A stretch of 63,286 nucleotides of DNA, filler included, from Kipferlia bialata (GCA_003568945.1; 5 parts of 5 records of this genome joined end to end with filler, not necessarily neighbours in it); one strand, 5' to 3'; positions 28,761 to 44,443 are shown, counted from the whole stretch's first letter. Numbers and translations are program-made. The notes: a model not told the origin generated them from the sequence alone.

Positions 28761-30624
28761 TTAGCTATACTCAATCCACTCGGGTGTGGGACCCCAAAAC
28801 ATATCAGGATCGTCGTCGCACTCATGGTAAATGTACCCCTGACAGAGCGGACGAGCAAAGAAAGTCCAGTCGGGCCCATTACACTCCCACTCAGAATCTG
28901 AGACCCAAGTGTCGGAGTCCTCACATAACAGTTGCCGCTTCCTGGAGATACATATTGAGGCACGGGTTCTGTCTGTCTGAACTGCCCTCTCACTACTAAC
29001 AACAGCCCAGTTGTGGATGACGGAGACTCCCCCACTCACCTCTCTTGTCTGTGCAGCCATAACCTTACCAGACAGGTCCCCGAGTACCTCAAGCACACTG
29101 TCTCTGTCTCGCTGCCCTTCAACTGAGCGTGCGGACACAATGTTGAACTCGTTTGGGCGGATCTCCAGAGACTCGTCAGCCATGAGCTCCCTCCTGGACA
29201 CCAATGCCCCTCCCAGTCTGTCTGTCTGTGTGCTCCTGTCATCAGAGCAGGCAGAAGTGGTAGTGGCCACCAGATGGCCCTTGGATACACCACACTCTGT
29301 CTGTGTTCCCCTCTGGAGTGTAGCCATGGTGTCCTCAGGCACACTTGGAACTAAAGGCGCAGTTCTGGTGACACTTGGCACTACGAGACCCCCCTCAATA
29401 TGCAACAGGGACCTACATGCAACACACGCAGCGTCCCAGCCGCCATCCAGCATGATAGCCCCAACAAGAGCCTCTGGAGGGTCAATATATTGCTCCTCAA
29501 ACACTTGAGTAGACAATCATCAGAGTTTACATATGATATAATCAGTACCTAAGAAGTCTGCTTTCATCTTCTGCTGCAGTGTAGTACCATTTCCCACACG
29601 GCAGAACCTAGGGGTGAGCCACTATACATAGACTGCAAAAGCACTAATGAACTATACACAGAAATAGTGGGGGTATTCTCCTTGCATTATACAAACGAGG
29701 GCGCGTACTCACACAATCAGGAATGGCTGTGTTATACCCATATTGACACACAGATGCCAATCCATACACTACCTCAGAATACCTAAGTAGACCATTCTCC
29801 TCCATAATCCTAGCCAAATTGGTGTTGCACACCAAGTCTGACTTATCCTTGGTCAGAACACCTTCGGGTTTGCCAGGAAACTTCTGATCATTAGTATTCT
29901 TTTTGTATTACCTCGTAGACTCTATCACCTCTATCTCTTCTAAGATACTTATTGTACATGTTACCTCATAGAGATACTGAGCAATAACGGCCCCTAGTGT
30001 AGAGTCCCCTAAGAACTCGAGACGGTTATAGCTATGTGCTGTTCTGACAAGAGATAGCTCCTTGGAATGAGATTCATTAGAGAGACTACATACTCTGTAA
30101 CACAGGGACACTGAGCATAAACCAAGTGGATATTGAAGCAATTCTGAGGGGATGAAGGGGAGGGGCACTATGACAGAATAGGATATACTGAGTGGTCAGT
30201 GAGGGCTACAACAAGTATCGGTATCACACATGTAGAGAAAGGGTATGTGTGCGGCAACGGTGTGTTAAGGCATACCTGGGATGCAATCCAAGAGGAGTGG
30301 GTGAATGCGGTGTGCAGGAGGCTGGTGTCCCTGAAGGTGTGGCCAGTGACAGATGCCACGGCATCGACCACTGAGTGAGCATGTGGATCTTGGGTCCTGT
30401 GATAAAATGCATAGGGGGGAAAGAGGGTGACATTGGGCAAACGTACTATTGGAGGGATGAGAGAGAGTAAGAGAGAGAGAGGCAAGAGAAGATTTGTAGC
30501 TTCAAGTGGTCACAACAGCAATCTCTCAGTCATGGATCAGCATATAATACGTCCAGACAGTCGGGGATATTGCAACTCTGAGTGTGGTATTTACAAACCT
30601 GCAGTCTCTCTCGTCAATCGCCAT
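28761..30624 (-). CDS. Single-domain ribonuclease III with long C-terminal extension
   Basis: Spliced: MAIDERDCRTQDP...GHTFRDTSLLHTAFTHSS...YNRLEFLGDSTLG...FPGKPEGVLTKDKSDLVCNTNLA...ADFLEALVGAIMLDGG. The RNase III signature and catalytic acidic residues are intact. Confidence 0.9.
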
Positions 30625-30870
30625 ATTCCAGCCACTACCTCCCCCCAGGCTGCTTGTATGTAGTGTGGATGTGTCTCTGCAAGGGAACGAAGAGTCTCTC
30701 CAGCTCGAGAATAGTGATGGCTTAGGTAAGACAGGCAGCACACATCAGGCCAGTTTGCCCCAGCAAACACGAAGAACCCTTTCTCACTCAAACGCTCATT
30801 CATTGGCTCAGACGCTCCAGGCACTTGCGAACCTCTCTTCTTGCATGGCGGTGGCTCCTTATTAATACCG

Positions 30871-31649
30871 ATGCCCCAGAAGAAGAAGAATGCAGCCAAG
30901 AGCAAGAGGCGTGCCGCCTTCCTAGCCAGTATCAAGACACCTGGCAAGATTGGGGGAAAGTGAGTCATATGCCAATGACATATATATATATCAATCTGAT
31001 ACTAGTACTACTGATACATGCACTTCTGTGCTCACCCCCCCAGGCCCAGTGTGCCCAAGGCCACCCAGCTGCCCACCAACCCCCTGCCATTTGGCAACCA
31101 GGGCCCCTTCAAGCTGGGTAGGCATGGTGTGCTGACACCCGTGGGAGGCCCAATGCCAGACAAGGTAGGGGTGGATGTATATGCGTAGGGTCTCTGACTC
31201 CGGGGGAGGGTTGTTCTTACTCAATACTGGAAGACTGGATAGTAGCAGAGGTGATGTTTGTGTCGCACGTATACTTGATATTCAGATATCACTGTTCTGA
31301 TGTACAGTTTCATATCCGTGTCTCTTTGGCTTACTGCTCCTCCTTCATACCCCTCTTTCCGTAGCTGTGATTCTTTCTCACACACTATTGGCACTTCTGA
31401 ATCCCCCCCCCCTATATTCTCTCTCACTGTCAGGCCCCCCACCACAACATGACTGAGGCTGAGGCAGTGAGCCAGGTATAGAGGTCTATCTATAGAATAT
31501 CATTGTGGAAAGAAGATGATCCGCCACAGCCCTCCCCCGATCTATATCCTCTAACCCCCCCCCCCCTCTTTAACCATCAGATCTCTCAGGAGAAGTCCTA
31601 CAATGGAGACTCTGTGCAGGTGGTGGTGGGGAATGCAAAGGCCCTCAAG
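30871..31649 (+). CDS. Hypothetical protein, 5' part (truncated by contig end)
   Basis: Four phase-compatible exons: MPQKKKNAAKSKRRAAFLAS...KPSVPKATQ...APHHNM...ISQEKSYNGDSVQVVVGNAKALK. The N-terminus is basic and NLS-like. Confidence 0.6.
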
Positions 31650-31777
31650 GTATGTATCCTCCCTCACAAGACATCCTCTCGTTCCATATCTCCTCTATCC
31701 CCCATTTACCGAACACCACTCACTATCCTCCTATAATTCTTGTCTCTTTCTATCTCTCAGTAGAGTTCCACCTCTCT

Positions 31778-31826
<49 letters not shown>

Positions 31827-31926
31827 NNNNNNNNNNNNNNNNNNNNNNNNNNNNNNNNNNNNNNNNNNNNTTAATTAATTAANNNNNNNNNNNNNNNNNN
31901 NNNNNNNNNNNNNNNNNNNNNNNNNN
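31827..31926. other. Artificial contig linker
   Basis: 44 N + TTAATTAATTAA + 44 N. Confidence 0.98.
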
Positions 31927-34900
31927 CCTGTCTGAGCTGTCTCATGTAGTTGCCCACCCTGACAGGGTCCTTTCTCATGATGTCTGTCGACAGGGTGGTG
32001 ATCCTGGGGGTGAGGTGGGACTGTATTCAATTCATGCACGCTATCCATTCATATATAATGAGTCACACTCGTTATATAGGCACTATACATATAGAGTATG
32101 CCCCCTACCTCTGCATCATAGCCTGCAGAGCACTGTCAGCTGTCTCTGGCTGTGTGCCATCTGCTGACAGGACAAGAGGGTCACCAAGGGGAACGGCCTG
32201 GATGACCTAGGGTGAGACATATATACATAAGTGTATATACATATATGTATACGTAGAGAGAGAGAGAGAGAGAGAGTAGGGTAGAGAGATTGAGAGAAAT
32301 AGCAACAGGGTCACCAAGGGTAAAGTACCTTCGAGTTTGCGTCAGAGTTGACTGCAAATCTACCAATCTGCACTGTCACGGCTATCAGTACACACGCCAT
32401 GCAGGGGACCTTGGGCTTCTTAGGCACCACAGCAGTAGGGGTAGAAGCAGCAGGTGTAGCAGGGGTAGGAGTAGGGGTAGGGGTGGGTGTAGGTGTAGCT
32501 GTGGGGCTAGGGGCGGCACTAGCTGTCTGGGCCTGCTGGGCTGGGACTGTAGTAGTAGTACCAGTAGGTCCAGTGGTACCTGGAGACACTGCTTGTGTCT
32601 GCACACCCTGTACACCCTGTGCCTGTACCTGTGTAACACTAGCAGTAGCAGTGGCAGTAGCTGTAGTAACGACAGGGGATGTGGTGGCAGCTGTACCAGC
32701 ACCGGCAGGGGTAGCAGCAGTAGCGGCTGATGGAACCACCTGCTGCACGGGCACTGTCTTGGGCATAGGGACAGGGACTGGCGCCTTGTTGACATCGACC
32801 ATGACCACCATGTACACCCTGACCACTCCAGGCACCCGCCTCCCCTTCACCTTGGTCACTGCCTCACCTGATAGACAGGAGTGCAGGTACCCGGGCCATG
32901 CAGGGGTGGGGGAGGGGGAGAGCGTGGCCAGAGGGCCCGCCCAGACAGTGCTGTCTGTCAAGGGGTAGGCAGTGCGCTTGGCAGTACCAACCTGGGGTCA
33001 GAGTTACTCAAAATCACACATATATACTATATGTCTACCATGTACATACACACCTTCATCCACATCTCTGGGTCTGACACCAGCACCCCATAGGCTGGAA
33101 GCTCGGCCTTGCTCTGAGGGGTGAGTCGAGTACAAGGTTACTGATAGACATCAAACCCTCCACCCACACAGACAATTCTCAACCAACCATACCTGCAGTG
33201 CCGCCTTGACCGTCTGGGGTGGCACCAGTATATATATATCTTGTACACATTCACTCACATATATATNNCTGGGGTGGCACCAGTATATATATATCTTGTA
33301 CACATTCACTCACATATATATACTAATATATAGTGTAATATATACTACCTGTAATGCCGCCTTGACCGTCTGGGGTGGCACCAGTATAGCTGCTAGGGCA
33401 GAGGCCACATATATACATACACACATGTATACATACATAATATATATACTCTATACTCTCTACTCACCTGTAATGCCGCCTTGACTGTCTGGGGTGGCAC
33501 CAGTATAGCAGCCAGGGCAGATGCAACATCAAGGGGTAGCTGGTACAGACAGCCCATGCTGCAGATGGGGGCTAGCTTGCGCAGGATGGCACTGTAGCTG
33601 CCGATGCTGGGGTCAGTGGGCTAACATATAGTGACAAGACTACTAACTGTAAAGATGTGAGGGTGGACTAGGATCAAACCACAATACACTATATAGAGTA
33701 TACATAGTTCATTATTGCTATCCGATATACCTGAAGCCGGACTGGTTCAATGCCTTGGCAAAGGGTTGCAGGATGTTCTTGGACTCGAACCGGCCAGTCT
33801 CCTACGGTGAGAAGCAGGAATGTAAGGGCACAACTAGGTGGATATACAGTACAGTGCGGGTAAAGTACAATGTAGTGACTGTAAAGTAGAATCCTATAGA
33901 TATATGGAAATAGAAAAATACACAACCACTACCTGCAGCAGGTATGGGCACCACTCGGCCCTTGAGACCTGCATGACACCCCGGATGGCATCGCTGGGGG
34001 GTGAGGGAGAGAGAGGCACATGCCCACGATATATACATATATGTGTGTATATATGTTGCATATATATAATACGATCACATATAAAATGACACCCCGGATG
34101 GCATCTCTGGGGGGTGAGGGTGAGGGAGTACACAGTCATCGACTCAATAAATATGTATGATCACTACCCGTGTCCGAATCTGCACATGCACCACCACCTC
34201 CTTACATATAGAATAGTGTACTCATGCTCATAAAATTCCCAAATATATAATACCCACCCGTGTCCGAATCTGTACATGCCCACCATGCACTTGACCACTC
34301 TGCCACCCCTGTGCTCCACAGTCACAGCAGAGCCAGCCCTGGGGGTTAGTACTGCAGAATGCTGATATGGTATTGACTATAGAAAGTATATAAGGAAACA
34401 ACTGGGACAGTCACATCAGAACCTGCGGGTTAGTATTGTACAAATTGATGAGGTATAGTTACACTACCACTCAGTATGTGTCCCAACAGACAGAGCCCGT
34501 TCGTCTGGCTAGATATAGACAATGTAAGCTCCTCTAATCATTATTCTTAAATTATGAATCATAATACTAGAACCCATACCTCACTGGTCTTGACATCTCT
34601 ACTGGGAAGTCTGCCCCCTCTCTGGGTGCAGAGGGAGCAGGCTCGGAGGGGTGGGGGGTGAGGAGGCTGGAGTGGTGACACAGGGCAAGGGGGCCAACGA
34701 CCTAAGGGTGAGAGAGACCCAGGAAGTGTATGTACTCATTGTCTTGTTGTCTGTGCGGTGTCATACCTGCACCGTGTATTGAACTGCACTATTCATAACT
34801 AGCTATATACAAGTATCATGCCCCACCTGCACCGTGTACTGCACACACATCAGGTACCACAGGTCGGTCAGGACCTGGGGGGTCAGGGAGAGATACAAGG

Positions 34901-37900
34901 AATATATAGATACTAAGTAAATGTGTGTATACGTATATATATACCATATAGTAGGTCAGGACCTGGGGGTGAGCAATGCTAGGGGTGCAAGATGGGAGTG
35001 TACTACTATGTACGGAGATGTGGCCTATCAATGCAGCAGCTGCATACTTGACACCCACCAATCAGTACATACACTGCATCATCCAGAGATACCCAATAAC
35101 CACTAACGCCCCTATACACACATACCTGTCTATGTGGCTCCTTACTCGATACCACCGTGGGTGGCACACTCTGCTTGGGAGGGGGCTGGGTCTTGTCACG
35201 AAGCCTGGGGTGAGGGATGTGTAATAACAATAGCATCCAACGCCGTATCAATACACTAAATGTACCTCTCTGCAAATGGCCCCAGTGGGAACTGTACGTA
35301 TACCAGTACATTACCACATACGACACAAGGCAACTCATGTACCCACTAATGGTACTAAACACATCATACCTCTCAGCAAATGGCCCCAGTGGGAACTGCA
35401 TGACCTCTGGGAATGGGGCAGGGATGTCCCTAGTATCTATGGGGCAGGGGGCAGCACCAATGTCTGAGTTCAGATAGATACATGGCATATCAGATAGATA
35501 CATGGCATATACGGATATACACATATCATATACACACCACTCCACCTGGCAGCTCCGTATGCACCAGCCCCAGCTGTGCCAGTGAGTGTATGTGTATGTC
35601 TGTGTCACTCCTGGATATGGGCACTGACACACCCACTCCATAGGCTGGGAGGGGGGCATGGGTGGTGGGGTCAGAGGCCGAGGAGCACACAAACACACCA
35701 AACACAACCCTGGGGGGTTAGTGTGGAGCTATAACGTTTGTAGCAATTACACTAGTGTTACATTGTTCAAGTGTGTTCTTCTAAATTCCCATTCCCCACC
35801 TAGCCACCGATGCCGGGTCCAGTCTGACTGCCGCCTCGGTGGGGGACTCACGGAGCCACAGGCCTGGGGGTCAATAGCTAAACACAAATAGATACTCTAG
35901 TATATATATAGTAGTCCATTAAGTCATTGGGTGACTCACTGAGACCCCAACATGCCTAGGGGTTAAGAGATGGAGATAGAAACACGTATACAAAGTATAC
36001 ACAGGGTCACATGGCTGCGTGCAGAGATCTGTCTATACATATATATATATATATGAATATATCTAGTACCTGGCTGAGTGCAGTCCAGCAGCCCTATGAC
36101 ACCCTGGGGGGTCTGGACACACAGGGGGCGGCACAGACACCTGGGGGTTAGAATACATGAACATATGAATAGATTTTCATTTACATATTTCAATTACGAC
36201 ATACAATTATGTATAAAGGGTAGGCGGCACAGACACCTGGGGGTGAGAGATATGTATAGACATGCATATATACACAGACCCCTCCCACACACATATATAC
36301 ATATATTCAATTATGGCCGGTATCATATACATATAGCTATTTGAATACATACCTTATGTCATCCCCCCCATCCACCCCCTTCATGGGTGCAAAGGACGCG
36401 GCACTCACAGTGTGGCACAGGTCGGTGTACAGGGAGTGGGTCCTGAAGTAAGGGAAGAGACTATACATATATACATAAATTACAAATAGTAAGGCACAGG
36501 TCGGTGTACAGGGAGTGGGTCCTAGAGGATAAGGAAGACAATATGTATACATATATAGATTCACGTAATTCCATGTTCAGGAAGTGTACAGGGAGTGGGT
36601 CCTGGTGGGTGAGGGAAGTGTACAAAGAATTCATATACAAATGGCGCACAAATGGATTATTGAATCTCCCCCTCTCTCTATATATATCTGTCAACGATAC
36701 CTATCGTAGAACAGCATCGCCCTGGCCATGGCTGCATAGTGGTCCCCCGTGACAAAGCACTCGGGGTCAGACACAAGACGCAGCAGCACACAGCCCCTCT
36801 CTCCCTCTCCCTCTCCCTCTCCCTCTCCCTCCCCTTGTCTATCATCATACACCTCAGTAGCCCCACTACCCTCAGGTGACACAGGTGACACAGGGGGGAG
36901 ACAGGCGAAGATGCCAGTGGTGAACACCTCTGGGGGGGTCAGTGATGCATAGAGAACGGGATGTATCCATGGTACTATCGATATATACACATAGCTTGAC
37001 TATACCTAGTGATGGCGGCAGTGCCAGGGATGAGTGGGGGGTGAGGGACCCGGCAAAGGGAGACACGGAGAGAGTCAGGCCGAAACCACCTAGGGTTAGT
37101 AAGACTATACAGGCTAAAGATGATACAGTTCATAGGGTAGTATAGGCACTCACTCTGGCCTGGCCCCGGTGTGTATGCAATGTACTGGGAGGTGGAGGCT
37201 GCTCTCTCCAGTACTGATAGAGAGGCAGAGGCGTCTGATGTGGCACCTCCCTCCTTGGCCTTGGACTGACGCAGGGGGTCAGACCTGGGGTGGGTGAATA
37301 ACTATGCAAAAATTTGCCAGCAATACACCTAATAAGGGTATTATACCCTTAGGGTATATATTGTAAGTGTACGGAGATACTATAGGACCCATACCTGGGG
37401 TCACCCCCCAGACAGAAGCGCCCTGTGAGGTTGGACTCTCTCTCTAGTAGCACCTGCACAGTGGCCCTGTGGTCAGTAGGTATATCAAGTAGATAGAGTA
37501 GTAGTACTGAAATTATGCAGTATATCTTGGTATAGTAGTACCTGCACAGTGGCCCTGGGGGTCAGACAAATACATGGTGCAGTATAGTATAGTGTAGTAC
37601 AGTATAGTATAGTACAGTATAGTATAGCATAGCATTATACAGTGACCCAAATCCTGATCGGTAAAACAATGTCCTGGAGTATATATATAATATACATGTA
37701 GTCGTTTACAAGGACTACACTCTAATACACGCACTCCGTACCTGTAGAAGTGGAATGCCAAGAGTGGCTGCACAGGACATTACAAATATATATACATACA
37801 TATATATATATTCCATCATACATATATGCTTCATACCTGTAGAAGTGGCCAATGCAAACAGAAAGACACACAATAGGATACCCCTTTATAACTAATTATC

Positions 37901-40900
37901 CGTACCTGTAGAAGTGGAATGCCAGGAGTGGCTGCACTGGGCTGAAGGCAGTGAGTAAGGCACCCAGGGTGGGGACACCCATCCAGATAGGTACGCACTG
38001 CACAGGGACGCCGGATAGATCCTGGAGTAAATATCTACACAGGTAGTAGAGAGAGAGAGAGAGAGAGATGGAGACACACTGCACAGGCACACCAGACAGG
38101 GTCTGGTAAGTAGCATATCTATAAATACACATAGAGAGAGAGAATTGGTGAGAGAAGGGCACAGCGAGGGTCTGAGAGCACACACACAGAAACGGGAGAG
38201 AGGGGAAGGAGGTGGAGACATCCGTGAAGTGAGATGGGTCATACCTCCCTCTGTGCACTGGGCAGCATGGGCGTCACACCCTCATAGTGCACGAGGAGGA
38301 GGTCCAGGGACCACCTGGGGGTAAGGGGGTATGGAGTCATATACCGGTGGCATACGAGCACATATGACACACACATATAGTGTATACACATCTATGGTCT
38401 ACTATACCTGGGTGGCATGCCAGCTGGTGTGGGGTGCGAGGTGAGTCTGACGCAGCCCTGGGGGGTGAGTGGACGAAGAGAGCAGTATACACACAAACAC
38501 CAGTTGGCGTCTATATCATGACATACCTGGTCTATAACCTCCCCTGCCACTATCTATGTGTGTGAAGTCAATGTATACGAATGTACAAATAGCTAGAGGC
38601 ATCTATATATACACACATTTACCTGGTCTATAACCTCCCCTGCCTCTGTCCTGAGCCCTATCAGCACAGACTGCCCCTCCTCTAAACTCAGGGTAGGTGG
38701 TGCCACTACACCCTTAACAGGTGGCACAGATATGGCGGTGGACAGGAGGGGGAGGGCAGCTACACACCTGGGGTAAGGAGATAGTGTAGAATCTATGAGT
38801 ACGATGAGTACATATGATACTATTCTATACCTCACTGCGGCCTCTGCTGCTGTCCGGGACAGGGTGGACACCAGACATGACAGACGGTGCGGCATGTCGT
38901 CCTGGGGGTCAGGTGATGTATACACATACGGATACATAGATATATAGAGATAGTGCAGTGAATACAGGCATATACGACAGAAAGTGTGGCATGTCGTCCT
39001 GGGGGTGAGGGTATGTATACCTTGGTAGCACTCAACACATCTCGTACCTATGTATCCAACTGTACATAATATACAATTCTAAAACACATGTGTATATACC
39101 TCTGGCCTCTCAGCCTACTGAGTATGGCAGCACATGCAGTGCAAGAGGCAATACGTAGAGATACATACGTATATATCATATACATGTACACATATGTAAT
39201 ATATTGATACTTACCTCCGGCCTCTCCCCCAGCCTACTGAGTATGGCAGCACAGGCAGTGGCAGTGGCTGAGGGGGAGTCGGTCTGACTGTCTAGAAGGG
39301 CACCGACACCTAGTGTTAGCGCAAAGTGGCATCGTTCTATTTGAGCCTACCATGCTAACCACATTATAATTGAACATGTACCATATAATACATACCTGAC
39401 ATGGCCACTGTCTCGCTGTGCATAGATACATACACCCTAAGAACACACAAGTACTATATCACACACTTATACATATACGTATACTATTGTATATACCCAC
39501 CCGACATGGCCACTGTGACGCTGTGCATGTGTACATATACACCAAGTATACAGATATATACATACAATATTCGTAGCCTATAACAGTGTACACATATAAG
39601 TGTATACAGTGCATCCCCCCACCCGACATGGCCACTGTCACGCTGTGCATAGGCACCTGGACCACAGAGTCACCGGGGAGCCAGCCTGGGTGTCAGGTAT
39701 ATATAATATACTGTATGATTTACACCTGATGACAACTACATAGAGTCACTATTGGGAGCCACAATAGAGGTGATACATATACATGATACTCAGATACAGA
39801 CATATAATAGAATAGTGCTATTGATGCCATGTTGAATAGGGTAGTATTGACACATACACATACACCCACCTATTGACGCCACTGGTATGGGCAGGAGGTA
39901 TAGATCTCTATGCCCATAAACTAAACAACATAATATACGTGTATACATATATATACATATATACTAATATATATATCTATACTTATACATGCGTACCTAT
40001 AGATGCCACTGGTATAAGCAGCAGGTATGACACACTCATATTCAACTGCATACAACTCTCTCTCTCTCTATATATATATATACACCCACCTATTGATGCC
40101 ACTGGTATGGGCAATAGGTATGACACACTCATGTGGACAAGGGGCACATATACTATATATATGATAGGATATACAGATATATATGTATATACTAATATGA
40201 CTATATACCTATTGATGCCACAGGTATGGGCAGCAGGTATGACACACTCATGTGTACCAGGGGGTCAGAGGGACGGGGCTCAATCTGGGGGTGAGAGGGC
40301 TGTACAATGAGCAAATATCTATGTGTATGTATATACATGTGTGTGTGTATGTGATATGTACCTGCACACTGAATGCGAGCATCCCGTCCTGGGCCACTGA
40401 CTCTATGGAGGGTGCACCACCCACAGAGGGTCTAGAGGCCTTGTCACACCCCTCTCCCTCTCCCTCTCCCTCTCCCTCTCCAGTAGAGACTGTGCCTACT
40501 GACACAGGGGAGAACACGACAACCTTGCAGGGGGCGGGGGAGAGAGAGTAGAGGGGGTGGACTGTGGAAGAGAGAGCCACACCGCTCTCTGTCTCTCTCT
40601 CCTCCTGTGCCATGTCTGTATCACCCTCTCTCTCTCCCTCTGTCCCATTGTCTATGCACACCCTACTCTCCCCTAGACCCTTGAGGTATGTGGTTCTGAG
40701 GGCACCCAGGGTCAGACGCACAGTGCCCGCACAGGCCTGGAGTGAGGTATATATATAGATACATGTATATACCATGGTATATATAGTAGACATATATATG
40801 AGACTATAGGTCAGACGCACAGTGCCAGCACAGGCCTAGAAGGTAAGGAGGGTCAGGTATTGACTATAGTTATTGTATATGTACCTCCAGCAAACAGAGA

Positions 40901-42694
40901 TACTGGTATGTACACACATATATATGTGGGTGGGTGGGTGTTTGTATGCCTGTATCACTGTTTTACCTCTGAGACTATGGCCCCTGTGAATGACAGTGCC
41001 AGTGTGGACAGCGCTGTATGCACAGAGTGTCTCACATCAGCCAGAGCCAGGCCCCTACCTCCCCAGGGACGGGGGTCTGTAGCAGTAGTAGTAGTAGTAG
41101 TAGTAGCAGATGGTACTGAGGGTGTAGCAGCAATGGCATCTGTCTTCTTTGTTTCAGACTCACTACTACCACTATCAGTCTCTGTCTTGGGCAGCCACAG
41201 ACCCGCTGCCACATAAGCCCAGCCCTTGCCTGGGGGTGAGAGACAGATGTGGTACTATATACATGTATATATACTTATCAACAAATGTGTACTACTATAT
41301 ATTGGCTCTCCATACCTAACACAGCCAGCAGGGCATCAGCGGCCGAGGGTGTGTGTGTGGGTGCAGCCCCAGCCACTATCCTGCCCTTCACTCTACTCCT
41401 AGGGGTCCCATGTGCACTGGGGGCACTGGAGGGTGTCCTGGGTATGGGTGTGCCGGGCTCAGACTGGGAGACCTGGGTGCCAGAGGGGGTCTCTGCCTTG
41501 TCTGCCTTGTCCGACATGCACTGTAGACCTGACCCCTCGCACTGCTTCACAACCTGAGGGTGTGAGAGGTATATGTGGGTGAGAATATATTAGAATATAC
41601 ACATATATACGTGTGTGAGTCTGTGTGTTTGTATGTGTATCATACGGGGTCCTGTCACAATATAACCATGATTTCCAGCCGTGGAATATATAGAAATAGA
41701 GGGATACCTGCATAGCGATTGATGGCTGGAGGGACCCCAGGGAGAGCACCCCAGAGTTGCCATCACACACTATACCCACGTCCATGCCTGGGGGTAGAGT
41801 ACACAATCAGATACGTCATACAGATACTATATATATATATAGAGAGAGAGAGAGACAGAGAGAGACTATACCCACGTCCATGCCTGGGGGTGGGGGAGAT
41901 GAGTTACTACAGTCTACACTAAACTATAGGACTATTATATACTCCAGCCTGAGAATGGACATGCCTATGTGTATGGGAAGAACACATATACATATCCACA
42001 TTATTAGAACACATATACATATATCCACGTCATGTGGCGAAAGAGATTTGCATGCACACAAACATGTAGCTACATATATAGAAGTATCCACATACCTAGC
42101 TGGTACATGAGTCTGAGACCAATATATATATACCTATATATACCAATATACATCTAAGTACGAATATCTGTCATATTACATACATATACATATACCTAGC
42201 TGGTGCCTGAGTCTGAGGCCAATATATATCTGTGTACGTGTAAATATCAATACATCTATCGATACACAGTATCTATCTATACATACACACCTAGCTGGTG
42301 CCTGAGTCTGAGACTGGCGATGAGGCCTGACTCCTCAGACGGGAAGGACTCGGCCGGGACCTGGGGTGTTAGGCATGAACATACAGACAGATAACACTCT
42401 ACGCCACTACATTATGGGAAAATATATGTAATTATACGATTATACTATGTTATGTGCATACATATATGTACATATATCCACACCTCCTGCGAGTCCCTAG
42501 AGAGGGGTGTCACTGTCACGCCAAGACTGGATACACCCAGGGCCAGGAGGAGGTCATACGCAGCAAGGAGCCTAGGGGTGAGGATGACTGGTTGAATAAT
42601 ACTCACATCTTGTTGCATTCAGGGTTAATGTCACTCCATACCTGAAATGGCACCCCCCTGTCTCTCTGTCTCTCTCTATGTGTGTGTATATATG

Positions 42695-42727
<33 letters not shown>

Positions 42728-44403
42728 ATTCATATGTATACACTCCGCACCTGAAGTGGCTGAGCAGTGCCACCCCCCTGTGCAGGAATGGGGACAGCCT
42801 GGCTATGCCTGACACAACCAGGTGCTTGGTCCTGGGGTGAGGAGATATATATACATAGAGTCATCTCCATCTCGATACATACATTGCATACATATACACT
42901 AGGTGCTTGGTCCTGGGGTGAGGAGAGACATGTACATATATGTATATATATATATCGATATACAGGATTCACATACATACACACCTCTCAGGTTTAGTAC
43001 ATATGACTGGGTTCCCTGTCCCACTGAGTGAATACGCACATGTCACCACCAGACCACTCCCACACACCCCTCTGAAGGCTAGGGACGGGGCACGGGAGGG
43101 GTGGGACTCAAAGAGGGCACGGACCTCAGGTCTGATATCAGAGAGGTACAAGGCAGTTACCATATACATATATATATATGAATACACCCATGGATAAAAC
43201 AGGGCACGGACCTCGGGCCAGGGATAGAGAGATAGTCACAGAGTATGGATAGACAGATATGGTATGCAATAATAATTGAAAATACATTAAGTATGGCACA
43301 TCATACCTTGTGGCTGTATACACATGTGGCACGTGTGGCCAGAGGGAGAGTGTGAGTAGGGTGGGGTCAGCCCTGTGTAGCTGTAGCTGGGGTGAGAGAG
43401 GTATTGTATGGTATATATAGTAACATATATGGTATCCTATACAGTATATGTATATATACTAATGCATATTGAGAGTGTCTGCCCTGTGCAGCTGTAGCTG
43501 GGGTGAGAGGGGTATTGTATAGTATATATAGTAATATAGAGTATTATATTATACAGTATATATATATACTAATGAATATTGAGAATGTCTGCCCTGTGCA
43601 GTTGTAGCTGGGGTGAGAGGGGTATTATATAGTATAACACAGTATTACACAGTATATATATATATATACTAATGCATATTGAGAGTGTCTGCCCTGTGCA
43701 GCTGTACCTGGGTGGGGATGTAGGGGGACACGGTGCCATACACAGTGGCAAGGGCAAGCTGGATGGTAAGATGCACTCAAACAACAATACTACTAATAGT
43801 AATGATACACTATACACTCTATAACCACTTTCATGGCCTTGGCCTGGTCTATGATGAGCCTGATACATATTTATATACAATAATCCGTAAGGTATCTATG
43901 TACCAATAGGCATAATATATATGTACACTATACTACTCTCAGTCAATACCTTCATGGCCTTGGCCTGGTCTATGATGAGCCTGATACACAAATTAACACA
44001 ATATATATGTATATATATATATACACAGATACATACATATATGTATGATCAAGCCATGTACCTTCATTGCCTTGGCCTGGTCGATGATGAGCCTCACATC
44101 CTGTGTGCCACACACCATGGGCCTGGGCTTGGCCCTGGAGACACCTAGGGAGGGCGGGAGGCGCTGCCTGGACGTTAGTATAAGTATAGTATACATACAG
44201 TATAGATAGTATATAGTGTGTGTGGGGGGGGGGGAGCTTCCTGGCGTCAGTTCAAGGAGAATCACTAGCAAAGTGAACAATATAACAAAGTGAGAAAAGA
44301 GAACAGGACAAGGCCTAGTACCTCTATCTCCTACCATGTGAATATAGGCATGTAGATATATATATCTGTGCATATGTCAGTATCACCTTGGCACTCTTAG
44401 GGA

Positions 44404-44443
<40 letters not shown>

